Shown here: positions 8,010 to 18,388 of the stretch, one piece after another
Numbering within the stretch: the first letter of the stretch is position 1
How the letters are laid out: every line of letters starts with the position of its first letter
Assembly: GCA_039798785.1 (NCBI GenBank)
Contig: JBDKFG010000074.1
Coordinates: forward strand, 1-23,786
Reading direction: 5' to 3'
DNA length: 23,786 bases
DNA from: Verrucomicrobiota bacterium
Lineage (GTDB): Bacteria; Verrucomicrobiota; Lentisphaeria; Lentisphaerales; Lentisphaeraceae
Position numbers and translations under genes: made by a program
The notes under the pieces: generated by a model
Databases searched by the model: none
Seen by the model: the letters and a program-made list of their open reading frames with translations, nothing else
What the model was told of the DNA's origin: nothing

Positions 8010-8924
8010 ATGATCCAAGTGCCGCTCCTCCTCTTGCTTGCCAGCTCCGATGCCGCACCACTTTCGCCCCAGCCGCAGCCGGCCAAAGCTCTGCATCTCT
8101 CGCAGAAACTCGAGGTGCCTTTCCTTGATCACTTGCGTGCCCAGCTTCCCATCTTCGTGCAAGTCGACCTGATCGAGTTGCGGGCCGCTGAAATCAAGGG
8201 GGTCAAAACTTTCAACTACGCCGTCAAACTCACAGCCCGGGAAGACCTCTACCATCAACTCGGCACCGAGAATCTCCTTCCTCTCCTGAAAGCCACTGGG
8301 CGCCTCAAGCACGAGGATCGGTTTGCCTTGTGGTATTGCCTCAAGACCTGTTACTGTCATCTCCTCCTGAAAAAGGGCGAATCACAAGTGATCTATGGTC
8401 AAGGAAGCATGAAGGGGGAGGAGCTGGAAACTGATTTCTCCTGGGGAGGCATCTATCTCCGCGAACAAGTCGCGGATCGACTTTACAGCGAGTCGCTGGT
8501 CGACCTCTACAACCAATCGATCGAGAATCTGATCGCGGAAGAAGCGAGGCAAGCCGAAAAAGCCCGCCAAGTCCATGCCGAGTGGGAAAGCGCCTTGGCC
8601 GCCTTGAAGCCGGGGGCAAAACTGCACGGATTGTTGAAGTCGAATGCCGGCGTTCAGATGCTGAGTCTTGAAATCACAGCGCTCAGCCCTGAAGGCATCA
8701 TCTCGGGTCAACTGGTCAGCGGCAAGATGAAGGTGCCCGTGCTCTTGTCTCGCGACAGAGACGCCCTCTGCGGCGGCATCGATCTGATGATTCAAGTCAC
8801 GGGCAACGACGAAACGCTGCAGAAGTTCGCTTTCGGCACGAAGTTAAGACTCTTCCGCTCGGAAGGCACATGGCGCTTGTACACCACTTCCAACTTCGAT
8901 GATGTCCGCCTTTCCTCTCCGTGA
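8010..8924 (+). CDS. Hypothetical exported protein, 304 aa, with a central coiled-coil-like stretch
   Basis: AAGGA RBS, signal-like MIQVPLLLLLASSDA; no recognisable family motif. Confidence 0.7.
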   Translation: MIQVPLLLLLASSDAAPLSPQPQPAKALHLSQKLEVPFLDHLRAQLPIFVQVDLIELRAAEIKGVKTFNYAVKLTAREDLYHQLGTENLLPLLKATGRLKHEDRFALWYCLKTCYCHLLLKKGESQVIYGQGSMKGEELETDFSWGGIYLREQVADRLYSESLVDLYNQSIENLIAEEARQAEKARQVHAEWESALAALKPGAKLHGLLKSNAGVQMLSLEITALSPEGIISGQLVSGKMKVPVLLSRDRDALCGGIDLMIQVTGNDETLQKFAFGTKLRLFRSEGTWRLYTTSNFDDVRLSSP

Positions 8925-8946
8925 TTGATTGAGGCGTTTGCCGGAT

Positions 8947-9747
8947 TCATTCCCCTTCGAGTTCGGCGCCTTCATTGCACGCCAGACCGTGATCCATGAA
9001 ACGGGCCGGCATGCGGTGGCGTTCGCGCCCGACCGGACGGGCCGGCACGCCGACGACGGTGGTGTGCGCCTCGACGTCTTCAAGGACGACACTGCCGGCG
9101 CCGATCTTGGCGCCATCTCCGATGCGGATGTTGCCGAGCAGCTTCGCTCCGGCGCCGATGAGGACGCCGTTGCCGAGCTTAGGATGGCGATCGCCGGATT
9201 GCTTGCCGCTGCCTCCGAGGGTGACTTCGTGGAGGATCGAGACGTTGTCGCCGATCACCGCCGTCTCGCCGGCGACGAAGCCGGTGGCGTGGTCGAGGAA
9301 AATCCCCTTGCCGAAGCGGGCCCCGGGATGGATGTCGACGCCGAAGACTTCCGAGCAGCGGCTTTGCAGATGGGAAGCCAGGGTGTGGCGGCCGGAGCGC
9401 CAGAGGTGATGCGAGATCCGCGAGGCCTGGATGGCGAGATATCCCTTGAAATAGAGCAAGGGGATGACGAGGTTCGGCGTGGCCGGATCGCGTTCCCGGA
9501 TGGCATGCAGGTCGGCAGCGGCGCTGAGAGCGATGTCGGGATCGGCCTTGACGATTTCGAGGAAGAGCTGATGGCAGCCGAGGACCGAGATCGAGCCGTC
9601 GCCGAACTTCCAGGCGAGGCGGTAGGCGAGACAGGCGCCGAGATCCTCCTGGTTGAGGATGGTCTCGTTGATCAGCACCCGCAGCCTCTCCTCTTCATGG
9701 GAGATGTGGCGGGCTTCGCGCAGGATCGTGCCCCAGATGTCTTTCAT
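8947..9747 (-). CDS. cysE: Serine O-acetyltransferase, 266 aa
   Basis: ERDPA, LLYFKG, VDIHPGA, FLDHATG, VTLGGSGKQSGDRHPKLG hexapeptide region; AAGGAG RBS. Confidence 0.95.
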   Translation of the reverse strand: MKDIWGTILREARHISHEEERLRVLINETILNQEDLGACLAYRLAWKFGDGSISVLGCHQLFLEIVKADPDIALSAAADLHAIRERDPATPNLVIPLLYFKGYLAIQASRISHHLWRSGRHTLASHLQSRCSEVFGVDIHPGARFGKGIFLDHATGFVAGETAVIGDNVSILHEVTLGGSGKQSGDRHPKLGNGVLIGAGAKLLGNIRIGDGAKIGAGSVVLEDVEAHTTVVGVPARPVGRERHRMPARFMDHGLACNEGAELEGE

Positions 9748-9869
9748 GTCGCTACTCCTTCGATTCCGTTCCCAAGCTAATTCCTCGCTCAGCCGGCGGC
9801 TAGGGCATTGACACGAATTAGACGCTGGCCGATCCACCCTTGTCAATCAAAGACCGGTGATTTCTAGAT

Positions 9870-10268
9870 TCAGCGTCCCGAGCCGTCATGGACGACGTGG
9901 TCGAGATGCTGCCAGTCGGCGAGGATCTGGCGGTAATCGCAGGTGAGTTCCTCGCCGGCGGGAATGTCGCACAGGGCGATGCCGTGATCATGGCGGGAGT
10001 AGTCGACATTGGGCCGGGGGGAGTGATTCATGTAACGCCCGAGGGTCGACTCGAAGATGAAGGGCCCGCCGGGCTCGGGTCGATAGCTGTAGTTTTCGAC
10101 ATCATGGCGGACCCCTTCGGGCAAGGCCTCGAAGGCTTCGGGACTGATGACGATGTCGAAAACGGGGTCGAACTTCCACACGACGCTGCCCTTGGGGACA
10201 AAGCTGCTGGCGAAGAGCCCTGTGCCATGGATGCGGCTGGGAGCGGTGAAGCAAGGGATGATGATCAT
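9870..10268 (-). CDS. SET-domain protein (putative lysine methyltransferase), 132 aa
   Basis: SRIHGTGLFA, RYMNHSPRPN, DIPAGEELTCDY. Confidence 0.9.
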   Translation of the reverse strand: MIIIPCFTAPSRIHGTGLFASSFVPKGSVVWKFDPVFDIVISPEAFEALPEGVRHDVENYSYRPEPGGPFIFESTLGRYMNHSPRPNVDYSRHDHGIALCDIPAGEELTCDYRQILADWQHLDHVVHDGSGR

Positions 10269-10446
10269 GGATTGGCCTTGAGCTTGCAATGAGCAAAAGT
10301 TGTAGAGCAGGAAGGAAGGAACTTAAACTTCATATGCCCGCTCTACAAACTCAGCCCGGGCTTTCAGGCTTTCGTTGGCGCGAGCCTTGCAGATTGGCTT
10401 TCCCGATGTCGTTTCGGTGTCAAATCCCAAGCTGAGAGATATCCCG

Positions 10447-11085
10447 ATGCGCACTCGACACCCTGATGAAGCCCCCGCCGGCGCGATCCGCCAGGCGGAC
10501 GACTGGAACCGCCACTACCTCGACGGTGACACCGGCTGGGACATGGGCCGGGCGGCGCCGCCCTTTGAACGCCTGCTCGCCTCCCCTCCCCCCTGGCTGG
10601 CCGGCAAGCGTCTCGCCGCTTTGGGTTGCGGACGCGGCCATGATGCGGCGCGTTTCGCCTTGGCCGGCTATCAGGTCACCGGTCTCGACTTCGCGCCTCT
10701 GGCTCTGGAGGAAGCCCGGAGTCTCTACGGCGGTATCCCCGGCCTCGATTTCGCCGCTTGCGACGTCACCGCTCCTGCGTCCACCCATCACGGAATCTTC
10801 GATCTGGTCCTGGAGCACACCTGCTTCTGCGCCCTGGCGCCCCAGCAGCGTCCCGATTATGTTCGCGGCATTTCCGCCCTGCTGAAGCCTGGCGGCATTC
10901 TCTTTGGTCTCTGGTATCGCTTCGATCCACCCGACGCGGAGGGGCCTCCTTATTCTCTGTCGGAAGCCCGTCTGCTGCAGCTGATGGAGCTCGGCGGCTT
11001 CGACATGCTGCTGTGCGAGACGCCCGCCGATTCGCACGAAAGGCGCGCCGGACGGGAACGGCTCTGCGCTTTCCGCAAGCGATAA
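10447..11085 (+). CDS. SAM-dependent methyltransferase, thiopurine/thiol/halide (TPMT-like) family, 212 aa
   Basis: WDMG, LGCGRGHD, GLDFA, EHTCFCAL, GPPY. Confidence 0.85.
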   Translation: MRTRHPDEAPAGAIRQADDWNRHYLDGDTGWDMGRAAPPFERLLASPPPWLAGKRLAALGCGRGHDAARFALAGYQVTGLDFAPLALEEARSLYGGIPGLDFAACDVTAPASTHHGIFDLVLEHTCFCALAPQQRPDYVRGISALLKPGGILFGLWYRFDPPDAEGPPYSLSEARLLQLMELGGFDMLLCETPADSHERRAGRERLCAFRKR

Positions 11086-11104
11086 ATAAATCCTCAAAGA
11101 CGCA

Positions 11105-11136
11105 GTTGAAAGGTTTGAAGGTTCGAGGGTTGAAAG
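11105..11136. repeat. Degenerate octamer array (GTTGAAAG-like) x4 between convergent genes
   Basis: GTTGAAAG GTTTGAAG GTTCGAGG GTTGAAAG. Confidence 0.65.
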
Positions 11137-11183
11137 GATTAGCTGCCTCGAAGCTTCTCCCAATTTATGGAGTTTCCGCCTGT

Positions 11184-12065
11184 TCACTTGCGCAGCAGGC
11201 GCCGCACCTCGTCGGCGATTTCGCGGAAGACCTCATGCCTCGGCGACGTGCGGCGCCAACAAAGGTGGATCGACCGGCCCGGCCCGGGCTGAACCACCGG
11301 CAGGACGGTGCATGCGGGATCGGCGGAGGCGAGGGCGCATTCCGGCACCAGGGTGTAGCCGCGACCGAGGCGGACCATCGCCATCAAGGTGCCGAGGGAG
11401 CTGCCGCGGAAATCGGCGTGGCGGACGAGGCCGCCGGAGCTGCAGAAATCCAGGATCTGCGCACCCAGGCAATGCCCCTCTTCCAGGATCAGCAGTTCGT
11501 CGGAGGACAACTCCTTCAATTTGACCTGTTTGCGCAAGCGCCAGGGGCTGTCGGGCGGGGCCAGCAGGAGAAAGGGCTCAGTGAAAATCTCTTCGCTGGC
11601 GACCAGATCCTCTTCGATCGGAGCGGCAATAAAGGCGGCATCTAGCTCGCCCGCGAGCAATTGCCGGATCAGATCGGCCGTCTTGCTCTCGCGGAGATAG
11701 AAATCGATTTCAGGGTAGGCCTCCTGCAACGACGTCATGATCTTCGGAAAAAGATAGGGCGCCAGGGTCGGAAAAGCCCCGAGCAACATCTTGCCGCTGT
11801 AGGGATTCCCCCACCCCTCGGCGAGCTGGCGGACTTCCTTGACGCAGCGTAAAACTTCTTGCGCCCGCCGCAAAATCTCGCGTCCCGCCGGGGTCAACAA
11901 GACGCCGCGCCGACCTCGCTCGATCAGGCTGACGCCCAGCTCCTCCTCGAAGCCCTTGATCTGTCCACTGAGTGCAGGCTGACTGACGCCGCACTTCTCC
12001 GCTGCGGCGCTGATGCTGCCGGTCTCTTCAATCGCGGCGATGGCTTCAAACAATCTCAGATTCAT
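11184..12065 (-). CDS. oxyR: OxyR-type LysR transcriptional regulator, 293 aa
   Basis: LysR HTH (VSQPALSGQIKGFEEELG); EEGHCLGAQILDFC keeps both redox cysteines 9 residues apart; FRGSSLGTLMAMV; divergent from katG. Confidence 0.9.
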   Translation of the reverse strand: MNLRLFEAIAAIEETGSISAAAEKCGVSQPALSGQIKGFEEELGVSLIERGRRGVLLTPAGREILRRAQEVLRCVKEVRQLAEGWGNPYSGKMLLGAFPTLAPYLFPKIMTSLQEAYPEIDFYLRESKTADLIRQLLAGELDAAFIAAPIEEDLVASEEIFTEPFLLLAPPDSPWRLRKQVKLKELSSDELLILEEGHCLGAQILDFCSSGGLVRHADFRGSSLGTLMAMVRLGRGYTLVPECALASADPACTVLPVVQPGPGRSIHLCWRRTSPRHEVFREIADEVRRLLRK

Positions 12066-12098
12066 GACGCGCTTCAAGGTTGATGAGGTGATTCTGCC

Positions 12099-12136
12099 AT
12101 AGGTTTAGCTTATGTCCAGGCATCAAAATTGCTGAT
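12099..12136. promoter_or_regulatory. Putative OxyR operator
   Basis: ATAG-N7-TTAT-N8-ATCA-N7-TGAT resembles ATAG-N7-CTAT-N7-ATAG-N7-CTAT and lies between oxyR and katG. Confidence 0.65.
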
Positions 12137-12168
12137 TTTTCTGATTCATCCTTCTTGCCTATACTTAA

Positions 12169-14547
<2,379 letters not shown>

Positions 14548-14561
14548 GCCCGGATGAACTT

Positions 14562-14751
14562 GGAACCACGAATGGACACGAATAGACACGAATTAAGCTC
14601 TCACAGTTTCCCTCTGCTCAACTCGTCTCTATTCTTCCCCTCATGTCTCCTTGGCTTCCCATAAAACCAACAGGCGGCCCGAGATGGACCGCCTGTTTTT
14701 GCCTTGCCTTCTGCCTTATATTCGTGTTCATTCGTGTCCATTCGTGGTTCC
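14562..14751. repeat. Element bounded by 32-bp inverted repeats made of CACGAATGGA decamers
   Basis: 14562-14593 versus 14720-14751, 2 mismatches. Confidence 0.9.
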
Positions 14752-15318
14752 CGCCGCTTCGCCTTTCGGCTGCTCTTTCTGTCCTTTCGGGCTTCCCGCC
14801 GCTTCGCCTTTCGGCGGGTATTCCGCCAGGATCTCAGCCAGCAGTTCCCGCAGTTTTGCCTCGTCCTTCGCCGCCTTTCCGAGGCTCGCCACATGAGCCT
14901 GCCAGACCACTTCGCGTGTATCCACATCGACCAGTTGCAGCAGCATTTCCGTCGCCTGGTAGCTGTAGACATCGCAGTCATAATGATGTGGCCAATGATG
15001 GCCCCAATGATGCATCGAAGGCGAGCTCGCCAGACGCTGAACGTCGCGCAAGCGGACGCGACAAACCAGCTTCGAATCCGCCTTCATCGGCAGGCCCCGG
15101 CTGGCCAGAATTTCCGGCAAAAGAGCTTCAATTCGCGACTCCACCAAGCCCGTAACTCCGCTCGCCGCTTTCGGCTCCATCCGACAGTCCCGATACTGTT
15201 TGAAGTCGCTGCCTTTCTGATAATCATAGCTCGCCACTTTTGACGAAGTGCAGCCCGCCATCACCCCCAAGATCATCCCTAACTTTATCAGGAAAACACC
15301 CGGGAAGCATGGCTTCAT
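14728..15318 (-). CDS. DUF4136-like lipoprotein, 196 aa
   Basis: Lipobox MAG-C, YDYQKGSDFKQYR, LLQLVDVDTREVVWQA, ILAEYPP; start codon uncertain. Confidence 0.75.
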   Translation of the reverse strand: MKPCFPGVFLIKLGMILGVMAGCTSSKVASYDYQKGSDFKQYRDCRMEPKAASGVTGLVESRIEALLPEILASRGLPMKADSKLVCRVRLRDVQRLASSPSMHHWGHHWPHHYDCDVYSYQATEMLLQLVDVDTREVVWQAHVASLGKAAKDEAKLRELLAEILAEYPPKGEAAGSPKGQKEQPKGEAAGTTNGHE

Positions 15319-15443
15319 GGCTGTCTCTTTTTGCATATTTTCTGTTTCCAGCTTCATCCCTTCCCTACCCTTGAGTTTTTTTGGATTATTTGTTCTATTT
15401 CTCGTTTTTCTTGCTTCCAAAATTGATGTTTTTCCGAACTCGG

Positions 15444-16547
15444 TTATGGTCGTTTTGGTGCCACCTTCTCCTCATAACCCGGTGGCGGTTTGACTGGCTT
15501 GACTCGTGGCGTCAGATAGATTGAAAGGAGATCGCTGCTCCCTCCTTTTTTGAGGGCCGTCGGCCCCAAGGCGCTGGCAAAGAACTTGTCGATTTCCTTG
15601 TTCACCCCGCCGACATAAAGGCGGGCCCCGTCGGCCACCCGCAAACGGGTCTCCACCTTCTCCACCCGGAAGGATTGTTTCTGCCCTTTTTCATCGACGG
15701 AAGTCACTACCGGGTAGATCTCCACTTCGACAATGCCGTTCTCCAGATAGGTGGGTTTGGCGTAGAGCGAAACCCCGACTTCCCGAAGTACCGGTTTAGG
15801 TCTTTCCTGCACCACCACGACGTTGTTACCGACGATCACCGGGGCGCTATTGAGCGGGCAAAGATTGTAGCTTTCGAGGAAGCTGTGATCAACCACGGTT
15901 TTACTCACCCACAGCGATGCTCCGTGACCCGAAATGGTGGTGATCGAGGCCACCGTGTTCGTGGTTTCCGTCTCCTTCCGCCCAGTGATGTCGACATCGA
16001 TGCCGCGAGGCGTTTTGACCCGGCCATTTTCGACCACGACCGGCCCCGTCCGGACTTCAATTCCCGCGGCCTCGAGGCTGCGGAAATTCTGGTACTCGAT
16101 ATCGACTTGGATGTTGTAGGCCGCGACCTTGAGTTGATCCAGACATTGCGCCACTTTGCCCTGCGCCTCGTCGGTATCCATGAGGATGAAAAAGCGTTGT
16201 TTCGGGCTTGGCACGGCGCGGCCATCCGGGCTCATCAGGGGCTTGATCAATTCGCTGATCATCTCCCATTCGAGATCGCCGAAGGTATAACGTTTCGGGC
16301 TGAGCTGAGGGGGCGGCGTCCATTTCTTTGGCGCCTCTTTGCCCGGATTGACCGGGGCCCCCTCCCCTCCCCTTCCCGGACTCGGCTCCCGCCGCGCCTC
16401 CTCGCGGGCGCGACGCAGCGCCTCTTGCGCCCGGGCCAGCTCGGCTTCCGCCTGCTCCACCCGGGAGCTTCCGCCATCCCTAACTTTTTCCTGAGCGCCA
16501 AGCGGCAAGACGAGGGAGAGGACTAGAAGATGAGTCAGGCTTTTCAA
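15444..16547 (-). CDS. Short secretin-like protein (one N3/NolW-like domain plus secretin core), 367 aa
   Basis: Signal peptide; LIKPLMSPDG...ILMDTDE...LDQLKV...IQVD; REVGVSLYAKP, VETRLRVADG...VGG, IYLTPRV; TTG start with GGAGGT RBS. Confidence 0.78.
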   Translation of the reverse strand: MKSLTHLLVLSLVLPLGAQEKVRDGGSSRVEQAEAELARAQEALRRAREEARREPSPGRGGEGAPVNPGKEAPKKWTPPPQLSPKRYTFGDLEWEMISELIKPLMSPDGRAVPSPKQRFFILMDTDEAQGKVAQCLDQLKVAAYNIQVDIEYQNFRSLEAAGIEVRTGPVVVENGRVKTPRGIDVDITGRKETETTNTVASITTISGHGASLWVSKTVVDHSFLESYNLCPLNSAPVIVGNNVVVVQERPKPVLREVGVSLYAKPTYLENGIVEVEIYPVVTSVDEKGQKQSFRVEKVETRLRVADGARLYVGGVNKEIDKFFASALGPTALKKGGSSDLLSIYLTPRVKPVKPPPGYEEKVAPKRP

Positions 16548-16825
16548 GGGACACCTCCATGATGCACCTTAATCTGTCGCCAATGCCCCTTCCCCGCCTC
16601 CCCTCCCCTCCTCTTTTCTGCTCTGCCCCCCCTCAAATCAGCCCATGTTTTCGTCTCAAACCTCTATAAATCATTGAGATTCTACGGAACTCTCAAGCTT
16701 TTACGCCCCCTGCTAGGTCTCCCGTCCTGCTCGTCGTCGATTTTCTGCCCTTCCGATTCCGGCATTTTCCTAAATCGGTTATAGTTGATTTTGGAGGGGG
16801 CGAGTGATAGACGGAAGTCCATTTC

Positions 16826-16851
16826 ACCACGAAGACACGAAGAGCACGAAG
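16826..16851. repeat. CACGAAG x3 short-period repeat (related copy with CACGAA x3 at 19413-19440)
   Basis: CCACGAAGACACGAAGAGCACGAAG read directly. Confidence 0.75.
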
Positions 16852-17293
16852 GAAGTTTTTGGGGGTGAGATCTTGCGACCTGTACAAGTCCAGATCGAGC
16901 ACAGTTTGAGTTGTGCGCTCTGCAGCTCGTCGCGAAGCGACGAACGACCACACCCAACAAGTCCGTGCTTGCTTGTGCTTAGCCCAATACAAAGAACACA
17001 TGACTTTTGAGCCTGTGTCGGCGACGGATCTCTGTCGGCCCGTCCTGGCGTTCTATCCGTCTCATCCGTCCCCTAGGTCCCATTTGCTCCTCTCCCCGCC
17101 CGTCAGACGCTCCCTTCCCGCTCTTCTGCGTCTTCCCGGGTCTTGTGCTGTGTTCAGGCCGTCAGGCCCGGCCTTGTTCCCTCCTTGCTTAAAAGGGCCC
17201 AGCTGCTTTTCTATTGAGCAGTTTCTGAGCTTTGTCTTTTCTTCTTTATGTGGCCATAAGTCATTGTTTATGAATTTGTTAGGTGACTCACAT

Positions 17294-17591
17294 CTAACTA
17301 TTTCCGGACTTCGACATCACCTTTTTCCGGATTTTCCACGGAGCGGAGCCCCTTCTGGTTCCATCCCTAACTTTTCCCGGAATTCCTAAGTCCTTGATTT
17401 CCAATCTATGCCTTGAGCCGGATCCGGATTTCCGAAGGCTAACTTTTGGCGGAGCCTGGCAGCTCCCGGAGGCGGAGACCCTTGGCTGCCCCCGGCGGAA
17501 ATCCGAAAAAAGTTGACCATGACTTTTTTCGGAAAGACCTGCCGATGGAGTTTTTTCGGATCTTGGCCGAAGAAGCCTAACTTCATTCGGA
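17294..17591. repeat. Array of eight 15-bp motifs, consensus CTAACTTTTTTCGGA (7 direct, 1 inverted)
   Basis: Copies start at 17294, 17317, 17367, 17439, 17502 (inverted), 17519, 17546, 17577. Confidence 0.8.
17387..17399. promoter_or_regulatory. IHF consensus site inside the 15-mer array
   Basis: TAAGTCCTTGATT is an exact match to YAANNNNTTGATW. Confidence 0.55.
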
Positions 17592-17622
17592 TTGGGCCTG
17601 GAGGGGGCGGGAGCCATGAGTT

Positions 17623-17714
17623 CCAGGTTTGTAGCCCCGGTTTCAGCCGGTCCTGGCGCACAGATTGTGAAAAACGACAGAGACAAGCGGCTGCAGCCGG
17701 GGCTACAAACCTGG
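17623..17714. repeat. GTAG-type REP doublet (REPIN-like hairpin)
   Basis: CCAGGTTTGTAGCCCCGGTTTCAGCCG ... CGGCTGCAGCCGGGGCTACAAACCTGG. Confidence 0.88.
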
Positions 17715-18051
17715 CTCAAATGAAGAACTCGTGAACCTCGAGACTCATGGCTGGGCTCTTTCCCCCTAGAAACTCAGTTAAGACACTGACAACAAAAGAC
17801 TTGATACAAAGATAACCAATTTCTGATTTCATCGGAAATCTAGGAGTGTATTGCCAAATGCAATAATCCAAAACTGGTTATAGTTTGCCATTGAAAGACG
17901 GCAACTTGGCATTCCAGCAATTTGGTAATATCAGACAAAGCTCTGGATTTCAAATACTAGAATGAAATGCGTGACTGCGGTAAAATCATCGGGAAGCGCT
18001 TGATCGAGGCGAGTCGGCGGCTATTCTGGCGGTCAAACAGGAGGAAGGAAG

Positions 18052-18378
18052 ATGAAGCCGGAGCGCAAGAAACTCAGTCTCGGAGCCGGGAAGGCGGGGG
18101 ATGACGAAATCAACAGCATGCGGGGTTTGGCTGGGGATGAAGGCGACAAGGGAGGGGAGGGGGACAAGGTTCGGATCACTCATTACCTCTCGACCCAGAT
18201 CCTCGAGCGCCTCGACAGCACCTACAGCGCCTTGCGCCAGGAACTGCCCTTCGAACTGAAGACCAAGTTGAAGAAGTCGCATCTCGTCGATCTGGCCCTG
18301 GCGACACTTTTAGAGGACTATCAAAAACAGGGCGCCGAATCGGCCTTGGGCCGACATCTGAAATCTTTGCGGAAATGA
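18052..18378 (+). CDS. Small putative ribbon-helix-helix DNA-binding protein (ParG/CopG-like), 108 aa
   Basis: AGGAGG RBS; flexible charged N-tail, alternating strand KVRITHYLS, helix, then KSHLVDLALATLLEDY. Confidence 0.7.
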   Translation: MKPERKKLSLGAGKAGDDEINSMRGLAGDEGDKGGEGDKVRITHYLSTQILERLDSTYSALRQELPFELKTKLKKSHLVDLALATLLEDYQKQGAESALGRHLKSLRK

Positions 18379-18388
18379 CGAGCGGCAG

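Noticed and set aside
8929..9780. 283-aa plus-strand ORF
   Set aside because: Antisense shadow of cysE.
4452..11759. Distant matches to the 15-mer motif at about 4452-4466 and 11743-11759
   Set aside because: Isolated and in coding sequence (the second encodes the conserved OxyR PYLFP); cannot be separated from chance without a scan.
16682..17734. Small ORFs in the long intergenic region
   Set aside because: No RBS or family motifs, low-complexity translations, and overlap with repeats; treated as non-coding.
17294..17990. Canonical oriC or CRISPR call
   Set aside because: Only one near DnaA box (TTTTCCACG, 17332-17340) and no dnaA nearby. The repeats are too short, degenerate and irregular for CRISPR.
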